Part shown: positions 1-9,843 of the stretch, in pieces
How the letters are laid out: each line of letters begins with the position of its first letter
Position numbering within the stretch: position 1 is the first letter of the stretch
Source: an uncultured Pseudomonadales bacterium
GTDB lineage: Bacteria > Patescibacteriota > Microgenomatia > UBA1400 > UBA12108
NCBI GenBank assembly: GCA_964507925.1
Contig: CAZDRB010000001.1
Location: forward strand, 15,072 to 79,071
Reading direction: 5' to 3'
DNA: 64,000 nucleotides
Notes under the pieces: model-generated
Databases searched by the model: none
Seen by the model: the letters and a program-made list of their open reading frames with translations, nothing else
Told to the model about the DNA's origin: nothing
Position numbers and translations under genes: made by a program

Positions 1-2316
1 ATCCATCCACTTCTCGTCGAGTGTGGTGAGGTAGACATATTTTTCGATTTCGCGAATGGTAGCCTCACCAAACTGTTTTTCTCGGGCTTGATAGGTATCT
101 AGAGCAATTTTTTTGAGAGCTTTAATTATTACCTCGCTACTTTTGGTTTTTTTAAGCTCTTTGGCAAGCTGCTTTTGTGAGGCGTCGTCAAACGGGATGA
201 TCGTGATAAACTCCTTAACAATTGCCTCGATTTCGTCGCCACTAAATCCGTCGGTAAGCCTAGAATTTACCAGAATCTCGATTTCCGAAGCAACGAGCTC
301 GCTGATTCTTGTGGCAAGACTCTCGGGAGATGCCTCTGATTCCGCGAGGAGTTTGTCGCGAAGCTTGTAGATCACCTGGCGGTGTTTGTTCATAACGTCG
401 TCGTAGTCGACAACGCGCTTTCGCATATCAAAGTAAAAGCCCTCGACTTTGACTTGAGCCGATTCAAGTGCGCGGCTCACCATCGAGTGCTCAATTGCCT
501 CGTCTTCGGGGATCTTCATCATAGTCATGATCCCGGCGATTTTTTCTCCGCCAAAAATACGCATGAGATCATCTTCGAGCGAGACGTAGAAACGAGATGA
601 GCCAGGATCACCTTGACGACCTGAGCGACCTCTAAGCTGATTGTCAATACGACGAGAGTCATGACGCTCGGTACCTATGACGTGTAGCCCACCTACCTCG
701 ATGACTTTTTTATGTTCTTTTTCCCAGACTTTTTTGTCCATGCTGGATTTGTCTCCGCCAAGAACGATGTCCACACCGCGCCCGGCGATGTTGGTTGCGA
801 CCGTGATCCCACCGTATGATCCAGCAGAAGCGATAATCTTGGCTTCTTGGTCGTGATTTTTGGCGTTTAAGATCTGATGCGGGAGATTTTTTCTTTTTAG
901 GTACTTGGAAATTATCTGGTTATTGTCGATACTTTTGGTGCCGATCAAAACTGGCTGCCCATTTGCATGCCTGGTCTCGACCTCTTTGATAATGGCAGCG
1001 TACTTGACACGTGTTGTCTTATAGATAAAGTCGGGCGAGTCGAGGCGCTTAATCTCGCGGTGCGTGGGGATGATCGCGACATCAAGATTGTAGATTTTTT
1101 TGAACTCTTCGCCCTCGGTACTAGCCGTGCCTGTCATGCCTGAGAGGTGTTCGTACATGCGAAAATAGTTTTGGAGCGAGATAGTTGCGAGAGTACGAGA
1201 TTCTTGTTGGACGGCGACACCCTCCTTGGCTTCGATTGCCTGATGGAGACCATCAGAAAATCTCCGGCCGTACATCATGCGACCGGTATGCTCGTCGACG
1301 ATGATTACCTGACCTTCTTTGACGACGTAGTCGCGGTCGCGCTCAAAAAGTGAGGCTGCCTTGAGTGCTTGCTCGACGTGGTGAACAGTTTCGTAGCTTT
1401 CTTCGTAGAGATTTTTGATATTCAAGCGCTGCTCAAGTCGCCTGATACCATAGTCAGTGAGGGTAGCGGATTTTAGCTTTTCGTCGACGTCGTAGTCGGT
1501 ATCTTTGGTTAGAGTTTTGACTAGTTTTGCGTATTCGACATATTTATCAGTTGGTGTTGCATCAGGTGCAGAAATGATGAGCGGGGTTCTCGCCTCGTCA
1601 ATCAAGATCGAGTCAACCTCGTCGACGATGGCAAAGTAGTGACCACGCTGAACTTTGCCAGAGAGACTGTGAACCATGTGGTCACGAAGGTAATCAAAGC
1701 CAAACTCGTTGTTTGTTCCATAGGTCACGTCCGCGAGGTAGCTTTCTTTTCTTGGCACAGGGCGAAAGTGGGCGAGCCTGTCGTCGTCTTCTTTTTCGTC
1801 TTTGTATTTGAGGTCGAGTATTCCACCTGGTTGGTCACCCATTCCAGAATAGATCACTCCGACTGAGAGTCCGAGAAGAAGGTGAGCGCGTCCGTACCAG
1901 CCGGCGTCGCGGCGTGCCAAATAGTCGTTGACCGTGACAATGTGAACTCCTTGGCCAGATAAGGAGCGCACGTATGAAGCAAGAGTTGCCGAGAGAGTTT
2001 TACCCTCACCTGTTTTTTGCTCGGCAATTTTGCCCTGATAGAGCGAGAGCGCAGCCAGGATCTGGACATCGTAGGCTCGCTCGCCGGTCGTTCTTCTGAT
2101 TGCCTCACGAACGGTGGCCAGAGCCTCTGGCAAGAGCTCGTCGAGTGATTCACCACCCTGGAGGCGCTTTTTGAACTCGGCGGTTTTGCCTGGTAGTTCT
2201 TTGTCCTTGAGTTTTTGGATGCTCGCCTCAAAATCATTGACTTTTGACACTATCGGCGCGAGCTTGGAGAGATCACGGGCGTTGCTGTCAAAAAGTTTTG
2301 AGAGGAATCCTAACAT
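1..2316 (-). CDS. secA: Preprotein translocase ATPase SecA (N-terminal ~770 aa; gene continues past window start)
   Basis: rc of 2316..2260 translates MLGFLSKLFDSNARDL, the canonical SecA N-terminus. The frame stays open to position 1 (rc of 1..60 = TIREIEKYVYLTTLDEKWMD, SecA-like). Absent from the ORF track because it runs off the window edge. Confidence 0.9.
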   Translation of the reverse strand, partial: MLGFLSKLFDSNARDLSKLAPIVSKVNDFEASIQKLKDKELPGKTAEFKKRLQGGESLDELLPEALATVREAIRRTTGERAYDVQILAALSLYQGKIAEQKTGEGKTLSATLASYVRSLSGQGVHIVTVNDYLARRDAGWYGRAHLLLGLSVGVIYSGMGDQPGGILDLKYKDEKEDDDRLAHFRPVPRKESYLADVTYGTNNEFGFDYLRDHMVHSLSGKVQRGHYFAIVDEVDSILIDEARTPLIISAPDATPTDKYVEYAKLVKTLTKDTDYDVDEKLKSATLTDYGIRRLEQRLNIKNLYEESYETVHHVEQALKAASLFERDRDYVVKEGQVIIVDEHTGRMMYGRRFSDGLHQAIEAKEGVAVQQESRTLATISLQNYFRMYEHLSGMTGTASTEGEEFKKIYNLDVAIIPTHREIKRLDSPDFIYKTTRVKYAAIIKEVETRHANGQPVLIGTKSIDNNQIISKYLKRKNLPHQILNAKNHDQEAKIIASAGSYGGITVATNIAGRGVDIVLGGDKSSMDKKVWEKEHKKVIEVGGLHVIGTERHDSRRIDNQLRGRSGRQGDPGSSRFYVSLEDDLMRIFGGEKIAGIMTMMKIPEDEAIEHSMVSRALESAQVKVEGFYFDMRKRVVDYDDVMNKHRQVIYKLRDKLLAESEASPESLATRISELVASEIEILVNSRLTDGFSGDEIEAIVKEFITIIPFDDASQKQLAKELKKTKSSEVIIKALKKIALDTYQAREKQFGEATIREIEKYVYLTTLDEKWMD

Positions 2317-2336
2317 GCAGAAAGTATAGCATGCGC

Positions 2337-2966
2337 CTAGAGTTTTTGATTCACAAACTCGAGAAGTTCGCGATTGGATTGGCTGTAGTCGCTTGAGTCG
2401 TAAAAATACGTTTGCCAACCAGCTGATTTGACTCCATCAAGATTGTCCTGCTTGTTATCGATAAAAAGGATTTCTTCTGCGCGTACCCCGGCGCGGTCTG
2501 TAGCGATCTGGTAAATCTCAGGAAATGGTTTTTTTACTTTCTCGACACTACTGTCCACAATTACATCCCATGATATAGAAGGCAAAAGTTGTGCACTCCT
2601 GATTTCTGATAGCATCCCCGGATACATGTCCGTCAATAGTCCGATTCTTGCCCTGGATTTCGCATATTCGACAATATCCCAGATTCCCTTGTTTTGCTCG
2701 AAATGATTAACAAAATAGTTAAGGAATTTAAAATTTGGAGGAATTGTTAACTCTAGTTGAGTTGAAATTATTTGCAACATTTTTTCTGCGTCAATTTTAC
2801 CTGTTACAAGTTGATTATTGTGATCGCGAAAAATTGACTCAAATTTTATTGCAGAGTCTCCAGTTGCTCCTAACTCGGCTTTTAATATCTCCCATTTATC
2901 AGTCTCTGAAAAATCTTTGATCAATACGCCGCCGACATCGAAAAAGACAAAGGAAATCTTGCTCAT
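2337..2966 (-). CDS. HAD-superfamily hydrolase (haloacid dehalogenase-like phosphatase)
   Basis: N-terminal FFDVGGVL (DxG nucleophile motif) and C-terminal FIDNKQDNLDGVKSAGW (HAD motif IV-like). 209 aa. Confidence 0.6.
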   Translation of the reverse strand: MSKISFVFFDVGGVLIKDFSETDKWEILKAELGATGDSAIKFESIFRDHNNQLVTGKIDAEKMLQIISTQLELTIPPNFKFLNYFVNHFEQNKGIWDIVEYAKSRARIGLLTDMYPGMLSEIRSAQLLPSISWDVIVDSSVEKVKKPFPEIYQIATDRAGVRAEEILFIDNKQDNLDGVKSAGWQTYFYDSSDYSQSNRELLEFVNQKL

Positions 2967-4210
2967 CTTAGAACTTCTGGTAATTTGACTGATCCGTCGA
3001 CTTGCTGGAAGTTTTCCCAGATCGCGATCAACGTGCGGGTCGAGGCAAGGGCGGTATTATTGAGCATGTGGACATATTTGAGCGTCCCGTCCTCCGCTTG
3101 ATAGCGAATTCCGGCCCTGCGACTCTGAAAATCAGTCATGATCGAGTCTGAGGCTACCTCACCATACCCCTTTCTTCCTGGCATCCAGGCTTCGATATCA
3201 TATTTTTTGGCTTGAGGTTCGCCCATGTCACCTGTGCACATAAGGAGCACTCGGTATGGAATACCGAGATCCTGAAGAAGTTCTTCGGTAAACTCGAGCA
3301 TTTTTTCGTGCCAGGATTTGCTCTCTTCGAGATCCGCTTTGCATAGCACAACTTGCTCGATCTTCCAGAATTCGTGAACGCGGAAAAAGCCTTTGGTGTC
3401 ACGACCATACGAGCCGATCTCGCGCCGGTAACAGGGAGAAAAACCAACCATTTTGATAGGCAAATCTTTGGCTTTCAATGTTTCTCCGGCATAATAACTA
3501 ACTAGCGGGATCTCGGCAGTGCCTGCTAGAAAATAGTCATTTTTGGGATCAGTCTCGTCTTCTTCTAGTTTGTAAGTTTCTTTTTCGCCCCAGGGAAAGT
3601 GTCCGGTATTGATAAATGCTTGCCTGTTGTCGACAACTGGAGGAATCATGGGGGTATAGCCTTTTGCAACAAATTTGTTGAGGGCATATTGCATAAGCTT
3701 GATTTGAAGTAGGGCTGCCTCACCTTGGAGATAGTAACCGCGGAAGCCAGCGACTTTGGCACCACGCTCCAAGTCTAGCCAGCCATTTTGAGTCGCGATC
3801 TCAACATGATCCTTGGGCTCAAAATCAAATTCTGGTTTTTTACCCCATTCTCTTACGACAACATTTTCGGTTTCGTCTTTGCCGATTGGGACATCGTCAA
3901 GCGCCACATTGGGGATCTGGAGCATGAGATCGGCAAAGGAGTTCTCAAGAGTTTTAAGTTCTGGTTCGAGCTCTTCTAGTTCTCCCTTGAGTGCTTTACT
4001 TTCTGCTATGAGCTCGTCGGTGCGAGATTTTTTTAGCTCTTCGTTTAATAAGTTTCTTTTTCCACGTATTTTCTCTACTTGGGCAATGAGCGCTCTTCTT
4101 TTCCCGTCAATCTCTAGTAAATTATCCACGACCGCAGGATTAAGATTTTTATTTCTCGCGTTTTCCTTAACCTTGTCCGCGTGATCGCGGATGTATTGTA
4201 TGTCTAGCAT
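2963..4210 (-). CDS. serS: Seryl-tRNA synthetase
   Basis: 415 aa. N-terminal coiled-coil MLDIQYIRDHADKVKENARNKNL plus class II core (FRREIGSYGRDTKGFFRVHEF, GYGEVAS). 4-nt overlap with the downstream HAD gene. Confidence 0.9.
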   Translation of the reverse strand: MLDIQYIRDHADKVKENARNKNLNPAVVDNLLEIDGKRRALIAQVEKIRGKRNLLNEELKKSRTDELIAESKALKGELEELEPELKTLENSFADLMLQIPNVALDDVPIGKDETENVVVREWGKKPEFDFEPKDHVEIATQNGWLDLERGAKVAGFRGYYLQGEAALLQIKLMQYALNKFVAKGYTPMIPPVVDNRQAFINTGHFPWGEKETYKLEEDETDPKNDYFLAGTAEIPLVSYYAGETLKAKDLPIKMVGFSPCYRREIGSYGRDTKGFFRVHEFWKIEQVVLCKADLEESKSWHEKMLEFTEELLQDLGIPYRVLLMCTGDMGEPQAKKYDIEAWMPGRKGYGEVASDSIMTDFQSRRAGIRYQAEDGTLKYVHMLNNTALASTRTLIAIWENFQQVDGSVKLPEVLR

Positions 4211-4238
4211 ATTATTTCTCCTTTGATACTAATATTGA

Positions 4239-4874
4239 TTATAGTGCATGTTGGGATAGATTGGTTAAACATTCTTTTAGATGCTCAGTATAGTTGAGTA
4301 CCAGAACCCTTGCTTCCCTATTTTTTACTTCAATTATCGTAACTGCGGCAGGGTCAATCCTGAGTGACCAAAACCTATCTGGACTCATGTTAAGAACAGA
4401 CATCAAGATGACTCGGATCACGTTGTCATGAGTTGTGACCGCGATGTCTCCACCATCTTGCATTAGTTCGGAAAAGCGGTTGAGCACGCGACTCTCAAGG
4501 TCCTCAAAAGATTCCCCTCCCGGGAAAACTACTTTCTCCGGATCATTGTTCCAGGTGCGCAGGGTATCTCCCCATTTAGCTTGTATCTCTAGCTTTGATT
4601 TTCCTTCCCATTCCCCGTGATTGGATTCGATTATCTGTTGATCCAATACTACCCGCGCACCAGTCGCCAAGCCGATTTGTTCGGCAGTTTTTTTGGTACG
4701 AATGAGTGGGCTCGTGTATATTTTTTCAAGATTTTTGCCTGAGAAATATTGCCCCAAAGCATGCACTTGCTGAACTCCAAGTGGCGATAGATCTGTATTG
4801 TAAGTTTGCCCTTGATAAATTCCTTGGGTATTGGCAATCGATTCGCCGTGACGAATCAAGTATATTTTGGCCAT
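4239..4874 (-). CDS. Histidine phosphatase family protein (phosphoglycerate mutase-like / CobC-like)
   Basis: N-terminal IYLIRHGESIANTQG (RHG catalytic motif) and a later TTHDNVIRV His. 211 aa. Confidence 0.8.
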   Translation of the reverse strand: MAKIYLIRHGESIANTQGIYQGQTYNTDLSPLGVQQVHALGQYFSGKNLEKIYTSPLIRTKKTAEQIGLATGARVVLDQQIIESNHGEWEGKSKLEIQAKWGDTLRTWNNDPEKVVFPGGESFEDLESRVLNRFSELMQDGGDIAVTTHDNVIRVILMSVLNMSPDRFWSLRIDPAAVTIIEVKNREARVLVLNYTEHLKECLTNLSQHAL

Positions 4875-4880
4875 AAAAAA

Positions 4881-4912
4881 ACCTCCTACATGCTCACGGC
4901 CGTTTAGGAGGT
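4881..4912 (-). promoter_or_regulatory. Hairpin ACCUCCUA-16nt-UAGGAGGU followed by U6 and then the AUG of the phosphatase gene: terminator-like stem whose 3' arm is the Shine-Dalgarno
   Basis: Minus-strand transcript reads ACCUCCUAAACGGCCGUGAGCAUGUAGGAGGUUUUUUUAUG. The AGGAGG sits 7 nt before the start codon and pairs with the upstream CCUCCU. Confidence 0.4.
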
Positions 4913-5014
4913 GCCACCTTGTGCGATACTTGATTAAACTGCTATTACGGGCTTACCCGTTCCGGTTGCGACACCGGACAGCTTGTTTAGTGGAAAGCTA
5001 AACTCAGACGCCTT

Positions 5015-5497
5015 TTATTTAATTTTGTTTAGTTTACCATGTTTTTTTATCAGGTCAAATCCCTCTTCGACTGCAGGGAGCGTGAGTGGGAGGCAATCGA
5101 GCTCTTTGGCCTCGTCGAGAGTGAACCAGCCGCACTCAGATGTTTCCCAATCTGGGTCTTGTGTTAGATCTGGCACTTGATCTCCGATCTCGACTAGATA
5201 AGTAATCAAGATAACCTGGGTGTCCATTTTTTCGTCTGATTCGTCGGCGTACCAAATACTAGTTTTGACAATCGGATAAGGATGGATAATGCTCGCCTTG
5301 ACTCGCAGCTCCTCCCACATCTCACGCCTAACTCCCTCTTCCATCGTCTCGCCAAAGTCAAGCGCTCCTCCTGCAATTTGCCATTTGTTGTGCCAAGCAG
5401 GATTGTCAGGTGAGTGCCTTTTGGTGAGTAAGACTTTTTGGCCATCAGTTGAGACTGGCAGACCTAGGGCCGCGACGATGATTTTTTGTTTGCTCAT
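5015..5497 (-). CDS. NUDIX hydrolase
   Basis: Nudix box GGALDFGETMEEGVRREMWEELRV. Start taken at MSKQKIIVAALG (ATG at 5497), giving an ATGA overlap with the upstream HD gene stop; the track ORF extends further 5'. Confidence 0.8.
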   Translation of the reverse strand: MSKQKIIVAALGLPVSTDGQKVLLTKRHSPDNPAWHNKWQIAGGALDFGETMEEGVRREMWEELRVKASIIHPYPIVKTSIWYADESDEKMDTQVILITYLVEIGDQVPDLTQDPDWETSECGWFTLDEAKELDCLPLTLPAVEEGFDLIKKHGKLNKIK

Positions 5498-6048
5498 AGA
5501 CCAAGATCCTCGGCAATCGACTGCATAGCGGCGAGAACTGTCGGAACATGCTCCTCCCACAGGTCAACTCCGAGCTCGCGAGCCCCCTGCTCTACTTCTT
5601 GTCGATTTACTCCCTGCGCAAAGCTCTTGTCTTTCCATTTTTTCTTGATACTTTTGACTTCGACGTCCGCAATTTTTTTACTTGGTCGGACAAGTGCAGT
5701 TGTCGTGATCAGTCCTGTAATTTCGTCGCAAGCAAAGAGAGCTTTTTCCATGAGAGTGTCGCGAGATACTCCGGTACGAGGAGCGTGTGACTGGATCGCA
5801 CGTATAATTTCCTCGTCGACCCCGCGCTCTCGGAGGATTGGGGCGCCTTTTGCAGGATGCCCATCTAGGTCAGGATGGATCTCCCAGTCAAAATCGTGTA
5901 GGAGACCGGTCACGCGATATTTTTCTTCGTCTTCGCCAAATTTTTTGGCATAGGCTACCATCGCCGCCTCGACTGCAAGCATGTGGCGGACTAGATTCTC
6001 GTTTTTGACAAATTCGCGAACAATTTTTAGCGCGTCATCACGATTCAT
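5494..6048 (-). CDS. HD-domain phosphohydrolase (HDIG/YqeK-like)
   Basis: RHMLAVE ... GLLHDFD motifs (H..HD). 184 aa. Confidence 0.7.
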   Translation of the reverse strand: MNRDDALKIVREFVKNENLVRHMLAVEAAMVAYAKKFGEDEEKYRVTGLLHDFDWEIHPDLDGHPAKGAPILRERGVDEEIIRAIQSHAPRTGVSRDTLMEKALFACDEITGLITTTALVRPSKKIADVEVKSIKKKWKDKSFAQGVNRQEVEQGARELGVDLWEEHVPTVLAAMQSIAEDLGL

Positions 6049-6440
6049 ATTTCCTCCGGTATAAAAAATTCTGTTTGAATATTGTCAGGGTCTCTAAATG
6101 CGATATAAGGATATTTCCCAGCAAATTTTTCTATTCCTATTGTTGGAACTTTCATTTCTCTTAACCTATGTTCCAACAATTTAAGATCGGTCATAGATTT
6201 TACATGAAAGGCAATATGATCTAGGCCGATGCGTTTTTCGTCAAATCTATCTTTTGCAAGTTCTTGCCATTGCACAAACCAACAGGGAATTCCGACCGAT
6301 AGGAGACTGAAAGAGTTTGTATCATCCATCTTTATTTTGAGCTGAAATAATTTTTCGTAAAACGATCTAGTGACAGAGATATCGCTCACAGTGAGTGTGG
6401 TGTGCGCTATCCCGTCGAAAGTTAAGTTGTCGTCCTGCAT
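6045..6440 (-). CDS. VOC/glyoxalase-bleomycin resistance family protein
   Basis: HTTLTVSDISVTRSFYEKLF ... GLDHIAFHV, typical glyoxalase-fold metal-binding pattern. Start moved to MQDDNLTF (ATG at 6440); the 5' extension in the track lacks similarity. Confidence 0.6.
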   Translation of the reverse strand: MQDDNLTFDGIAHTTLTVSDISVTRSFYEKLFQLKIKMDDTNSFSLLSVGIPCWFVQWQELAKDRFDEKRIGLDHIAFHVKSMTDLKLLEHRLREMKVPTIGIEKFAGKYPYIAFRDPDNIQTEFFIPEEI

Positions 6441-6480
6441 AGTGATTTCCTTATACTTAAATACTGTATAGTATTTTAGT

Positions 6481-6948
6481 TTATTTGTTTGGGGTTCTAT
6501 CTTTGGAGAATAGTGTAGCATGTCGAGAGCGTTTTCGGAGCGGCTTGTCCAGTCTGTCGATGAGTGCCTCGAGAGCAAAATAACTGGGATATCTGTTCTT
6601 AAGGTTATATAAATCATTCGACTTTTTGAGTTTTTGCTCCTCTTGATGAAGTTTTTTTACAACCGATATTACTTCTGGATAATCTTCAAGGTGGGTGCTA
6701 ATCTTGGCAATCGTTGGATCGGTTACTCTCGTGACGTTACGAATGGTGCGATAATCATAACCCTCGGTCAGCATCTTGGCTATTTGAACTCTTTTGGCAA
6801 GCATTATGATTTCTGTCCGAGAAAGAAGGGCCTTGAGCAATCCCTCCATTTCGTTCTTGGTATCTACGAGTGAAAAAGCTCTCCAAAGATTACCAATAAA
6901 CCAATCGAGGATATTTCTTTTTACTTTGAACTTACTTACTTTTGTCAT
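6481..6948 (-). CDS. TrpR-like DNA-binding protein, YerC/YecD family
   Basis: EIIMLAKRVQIAKMLTEGYDYRTIRNVTRVTDPTIAKIS resembles the B. subtilis YerC core (EIQSLAQRLVVAQML..G.TY..I...TGAS.ATISR). Confidence 0.6.
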   Translation of the reverse strand: MTKVSKFKVKRNILDWFIGNLWRAFSLVDTKNEMEGLLKALLSRTEIIMLAKRVQIAKMLTEGYDYRTIRNVTRVTDPTIAKISTHLEDYPEVISVVKKLHQEEQKLKKSNDLYNLKNRYPSYFALEALIDRLDKPLRKRSRHATLFSKDRTPNK

Positions 6949-7026
6949 TTTTTTATACTTAATTACTATAAAGTATTTTAGTATAAAGAACTGATAGTTG
7001 GTAAATAATTACTATAAACTGGATGA

Positions 7027-7806
7027 CTATAATGGGTTGGGGACGTCGATAAATTCCACTTCGAGGTTATCTTTGAAATGGGCTTTGAGTTTTTTACCTA
7101 GTTCTTGCACCCCGAATACTTCGGTCGCGTAGTGACCGCAGAGAAAATAGCTGATCCCTTCTTCCTGCATGGCGTGAAGTCTAGATTCCGAAGATTCTCC
7201 TGATATATAGAGCTCGACACCTTTTGCTTTCATTTCCTCGATATTAGCCTGATAAGGTTTACCTGCTCCTGAGACTATACCAATGGTTTGGACCTTGTCA
7301 GCCCCAGCTTTGATCGCGAGAACGTCGTGAGAAAAAATCTTGGCGCATTTTTCTGAGAGATCATTAAGATCAGTTGGCTTTGGTAATTTGGCGACAAAGC
7401 CCCATTCGTCATAGAGTGTGTCAATAATCTTAGCTCCTAAGAGCTTGGCAATTGTGGCGTTGTTGCCAAATTCTTTTTGGGCATCAAGCGCGTAGTGATA
7501 GTCAGCAATAGTTAGATCATTTTTAATAATCAAAGACAATCTCTCTTGACTACTTTTAGAGTATCGTGAACCTACGGTGCGAGTGTCAAAACCGTGGTGA
7601 AAAATACAGTACTGTGCTTGTGCATTGATTGCCTCTCGCAAAAAATCACTATTAAGACTTACTCCTAGTGCGACTTTCTTGACCTCCATCGATCCATGGA
7701 ATTGAATGCCATTAGCCGCATACTCATCAACTTTTCTTGCCTTGGCCAAGAAATCTTGACCGATAGTATTCTCGATAAAAGTAGTAAGCTCGTCACGTAA
7801 GACCAT
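7027..7806 (-). CDS. Nif3-family dinuclear metal-centre protein (GTP cyclohydrolase 1 type 2 homolog)
   Basis: YCIFHHGFD (cf. Nif3 THHP metal site) and C-terminal FLCGHYATEVFG (Nif3 GHYxSE motif). Start at MVLRDELTTF; overlaps the lysS 3' end. Confidence 0.65.
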   Translation of the reverse strand: MVLRDELTTFIENTIGQDFLAKARKVDEYAANGIQFHGSMEVKKVALGVSLNSDFLREAINAQAQYCIFHHGFDTRTVGSRYSKSSQERLSLIIKNDLTIADYHYALDAQKEFGNNATIAKLLGAKIIDTLYDEWGFVAKLPKPTDLNDLSEKCAKIFSHDVLAIKAGADKVQTIGIVSGAGKPYQANIEEMKAKGVELYISGESSESRLHAMQEEGISYFLCGHYATEVFGVQELGKKLKAHFKDNLEVEFIDVPNPL

Positions 7807-9295
7807 AAATTTCCTTTGTGAGCTTGGAAACATGTCTTTTCATCTGTGGGAATAGTGTTCCTTCGCGGGCAGTGACGTTTTCCAAAAACCAAAATACACG
7901 CTCGCTATGCCCGTATCCACTAGTTGGTGGCATGCCGTATTCGAGCATCTCAACATAATCTATATCTAACATCTGCGCTTCGTCGTCTCCAGCGTCACGG
8001 GCGGACTGTTGTTCCTGGAAGCGTGCAAGTTGCTCAGCCGGATCATTGAGCTCGCTATAACCATTGCCTAACTCTGATCCCGCAATAATCACATGAAAGC
8101 GCTCGGTCAGTTCAGGATTTTCGGACTTGGACTTTGCAAGTGGGGACATAAACTTGGGTTCGTTGACAAGAAATGCCGGCCCGGCAATGTCCTTGCGGAT
8201 TATTTTCCAGAGATTGTCGATGAGTCGCGGCTTACCGACCTTGCCGTCTAACTTGACCTTGTATTTATGAAGAACTTTGACCATCTTACTCTCGTCATCG
8301 CTAAAAATATCGATCCCGAGTTTATCCAAGATTAAAGTTCTATAATCTAGCTCTTCCCATTCCTTGGCTAGGTCAAAGGAATGCTCTCCACGCGTAAACT
8401 TGGTGGTGCCATATACTTTTTTGGCAACATGACGAAACATGTTTTTTACGAGCTCCATGTTTTGGCGATAGTCGGCATAAGCCCAGTACCACTCTAGTTG
8501 ATAAAATTCTTGGAGGTGCTCGTCGTCTATACCCTCGTTGCGAAAATTGGGAGCTAGCGTATAGATTTTTTCAAATCCGCCGCCAATTAATCTTTTTTGA
8601 TATAGCTCGGTCGAGATACGCATATAAAATTTTTCGTCGAGGGCGTTGTGATAAGTCTCAAAAGGCCGCGCGTCTGCTCCACCTGTCACGTGCTCGAGTA
8701 CCGGCGTCTCTATCTCTAGGAATCCATTTTGCGCCATATACTCGCGCGAAACTGCCCAGAACTTGGCTTTTCTTTCAAATAGTGCACGTCTGCCCTCACT
8801 CATCACCAAGTCTAGATAGCGACGACGAAAGATCGTGTCCGGGTCTTTGAGCCCCTCCCAGCTGTCAGGCAAAGGGCGGATCGATTTTGAGAGTAGCTTG
8901 AGCTCTTTGACGTCCAGTGAGACCGCGCCAGTTTTACTTTTGCAGACCACGCCCATTGCTTGGACAAAGTCACCGACATCAATCAGGCTAAGCTCGGGAA
9001 ACCCGAGATTACCTGTTTTTTTGCTAGTTGGTGAGAGCAAGCTCTCCCTCAACAGGAGCTGAATTTTGCCGGATTGATCTTCTAGGTCACCAAACGCTAG
9101 CTTGCCGTGCTTGCGAAGAGCGCGGAGTCTGCCTGCCAAGGTTATTTCTTTTCCGTCGTACTTATCAAATCCATCTACAATCGCGCCATTTGAAAGATCT
9201 TTTTGCGACTGAGCGGGGTAGGGAGAGATACCGAGTTCGACCAACTTTTTGAGCTTCCCGATCCGCTCATTTCTGATTTCTTCTAGTCTAGACAT
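7793..9295 (-). CDS. lysS: Lysyl-tRNA synthetase (class II)
   Basis: 500 aa. N-terminal OB-fold, FRNEGIDDEHLQEFYQLEWYWAY (motif 2), C-terminal GMPPTSGYGHSERVFWFL (motif 3). Confidence 0.9.
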   Translation of the reverse strand: MSRLEEIRNERIGKLKKLVELGISPYPAQSQKDLSNGAIVDGFDKYDGKEITLAGRLRALRKHGKLAFGDLEDQSGKIQLLLRESLLSPTSKKTGNLGFPELSLIDVGDFVQAMGVVCKSKTGAVSLDVKELKLLSKSIRPLPDSWEGLKDPDTIFRRRYLDLVMSEGRRALFERKAKFWAVSREYMAQNGFLEIETPVLEHVTGGADARPFETYHNALDEKFYMRISTELYQKRLIGGGFEKIYTLAPNFRNEGIDDEHLQEFYQLEWYWAYADYRQNMELVKNMFRHVAKKVYGTTKFTRGEHSFDLAKEWEELDYRTLILDKLGIDIFSDDESKMVKVLHKYKVKLDGKVGKPRLIDNLWKIIRKDIAGPAFLVNEPKFMSPLAKSKSENPELTERFHVIIAGSELGNGYSELNDPAEQLARFQEQQSARDAGDDEAQMLDIDYVEMLEYGMPPTSGYGHSERVFWFLENVTAREGTLFPQMKRHVSKLTKEIYGLT

Positions 9296-9316
9296 GGAAA
9301 TAGTATACCAGGTTGA

Positions 9317-9787
9317 TTAGTGGATCTTTTTGATTTTGTAGATCACTTTTCCGGCGGGAGCCTCAAACTCGACCGCGTCTCCGTTCTTTTTGCCCAAGAG
9401 CGCAACACCGAGCTGGGAGGTATGGGAGATCTTTTTCTGGAGAGGATCGGCTTCCCACTCGCCTACGATCTCATAGGTATGATCTTTGCCAGAGACAGAA
9501 ACGGTGACTTTGCAGCCGATGTTGACTGAACCATTTTTGGCTTTGGAGCCGACTACTTCTGCGCGTGCGATTATCCCGTCCAGCTCTTCTATCCTGCCCT
9601 CGATAAAGGCTAGCTCTTCTTTGGCTGCATGGTACTCGGCATTTTCGGAGAGGTCACCAAAATCGCGGGCACGGGCAACACGATCGATCGCGGCGGTTAG
9701 TTTTTGATTTTTTAGCTCGTCTAACTCGGACTTGATCTCGGCGAGTCCAGCTTCTGTAAATTGGATTTTGTCGTTTGCGCTTGTCAT
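9317..9787 (-). CDS. greA: Transcription elongation factor GreA
   Basis: 156 aa. FGDLSENAEYHAAKEELAFIEGRIEEL plus C-terminal FKBP-like domain. Confidence 0.9.
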   Translation of the reverse strand: MTSANDKIQFTEAGLAEIKSELDELKNQKLTAAIDRVARARDFGDLSENAEYHAAKEELAFIEGRIEELDGIIARAEVVGSKAKNGSVNIGCKVTVSVSGKDHTYEIVGEWEADPLQKKISHTSQLGVALLGKKNGDAVEFEAPAGKVIYKIKKIH

Positions 9788-9843
9788 AGCTTGAGAATGA
9801 TAGCAAACAGGTAATACAAGTCAATATACCTATAGTAAAGGTG

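Noticed and set aside
113-2329. Several 60-127 aa ORFs in the track on both strands within 1-2329 (e.g. 113..370+, 1854..2237-)
   Set aside because: They lie inside or antisense to the long SecA reading frame (minus strand, phase ending at 2316). The SecA translation is unambiguous, so these are spurious alternate-frame ORFs.
3154-4184. Track ORFs 3154..3447-, 3788..3979+, 3813..4184+ overlapping serS
   Set aside because: Alternate-frame or antisense ORFs within a strongly supported serS gene. Low-complexity Ser-rich translations typical of antisense frames.
6440-6617. N-terminal extensions of track ORFs (6045..6617, 32314..33036, 5015..5560, 22003..22563, 19927..21582, 35476..35883)
   Set aside because: The extended parts overlap upstream genes or lack similarity. 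Internal Met codons give tight operon junctions (ATGA/GTGA overlaps) and start at the conserved domain, so shorter starts were chosen.
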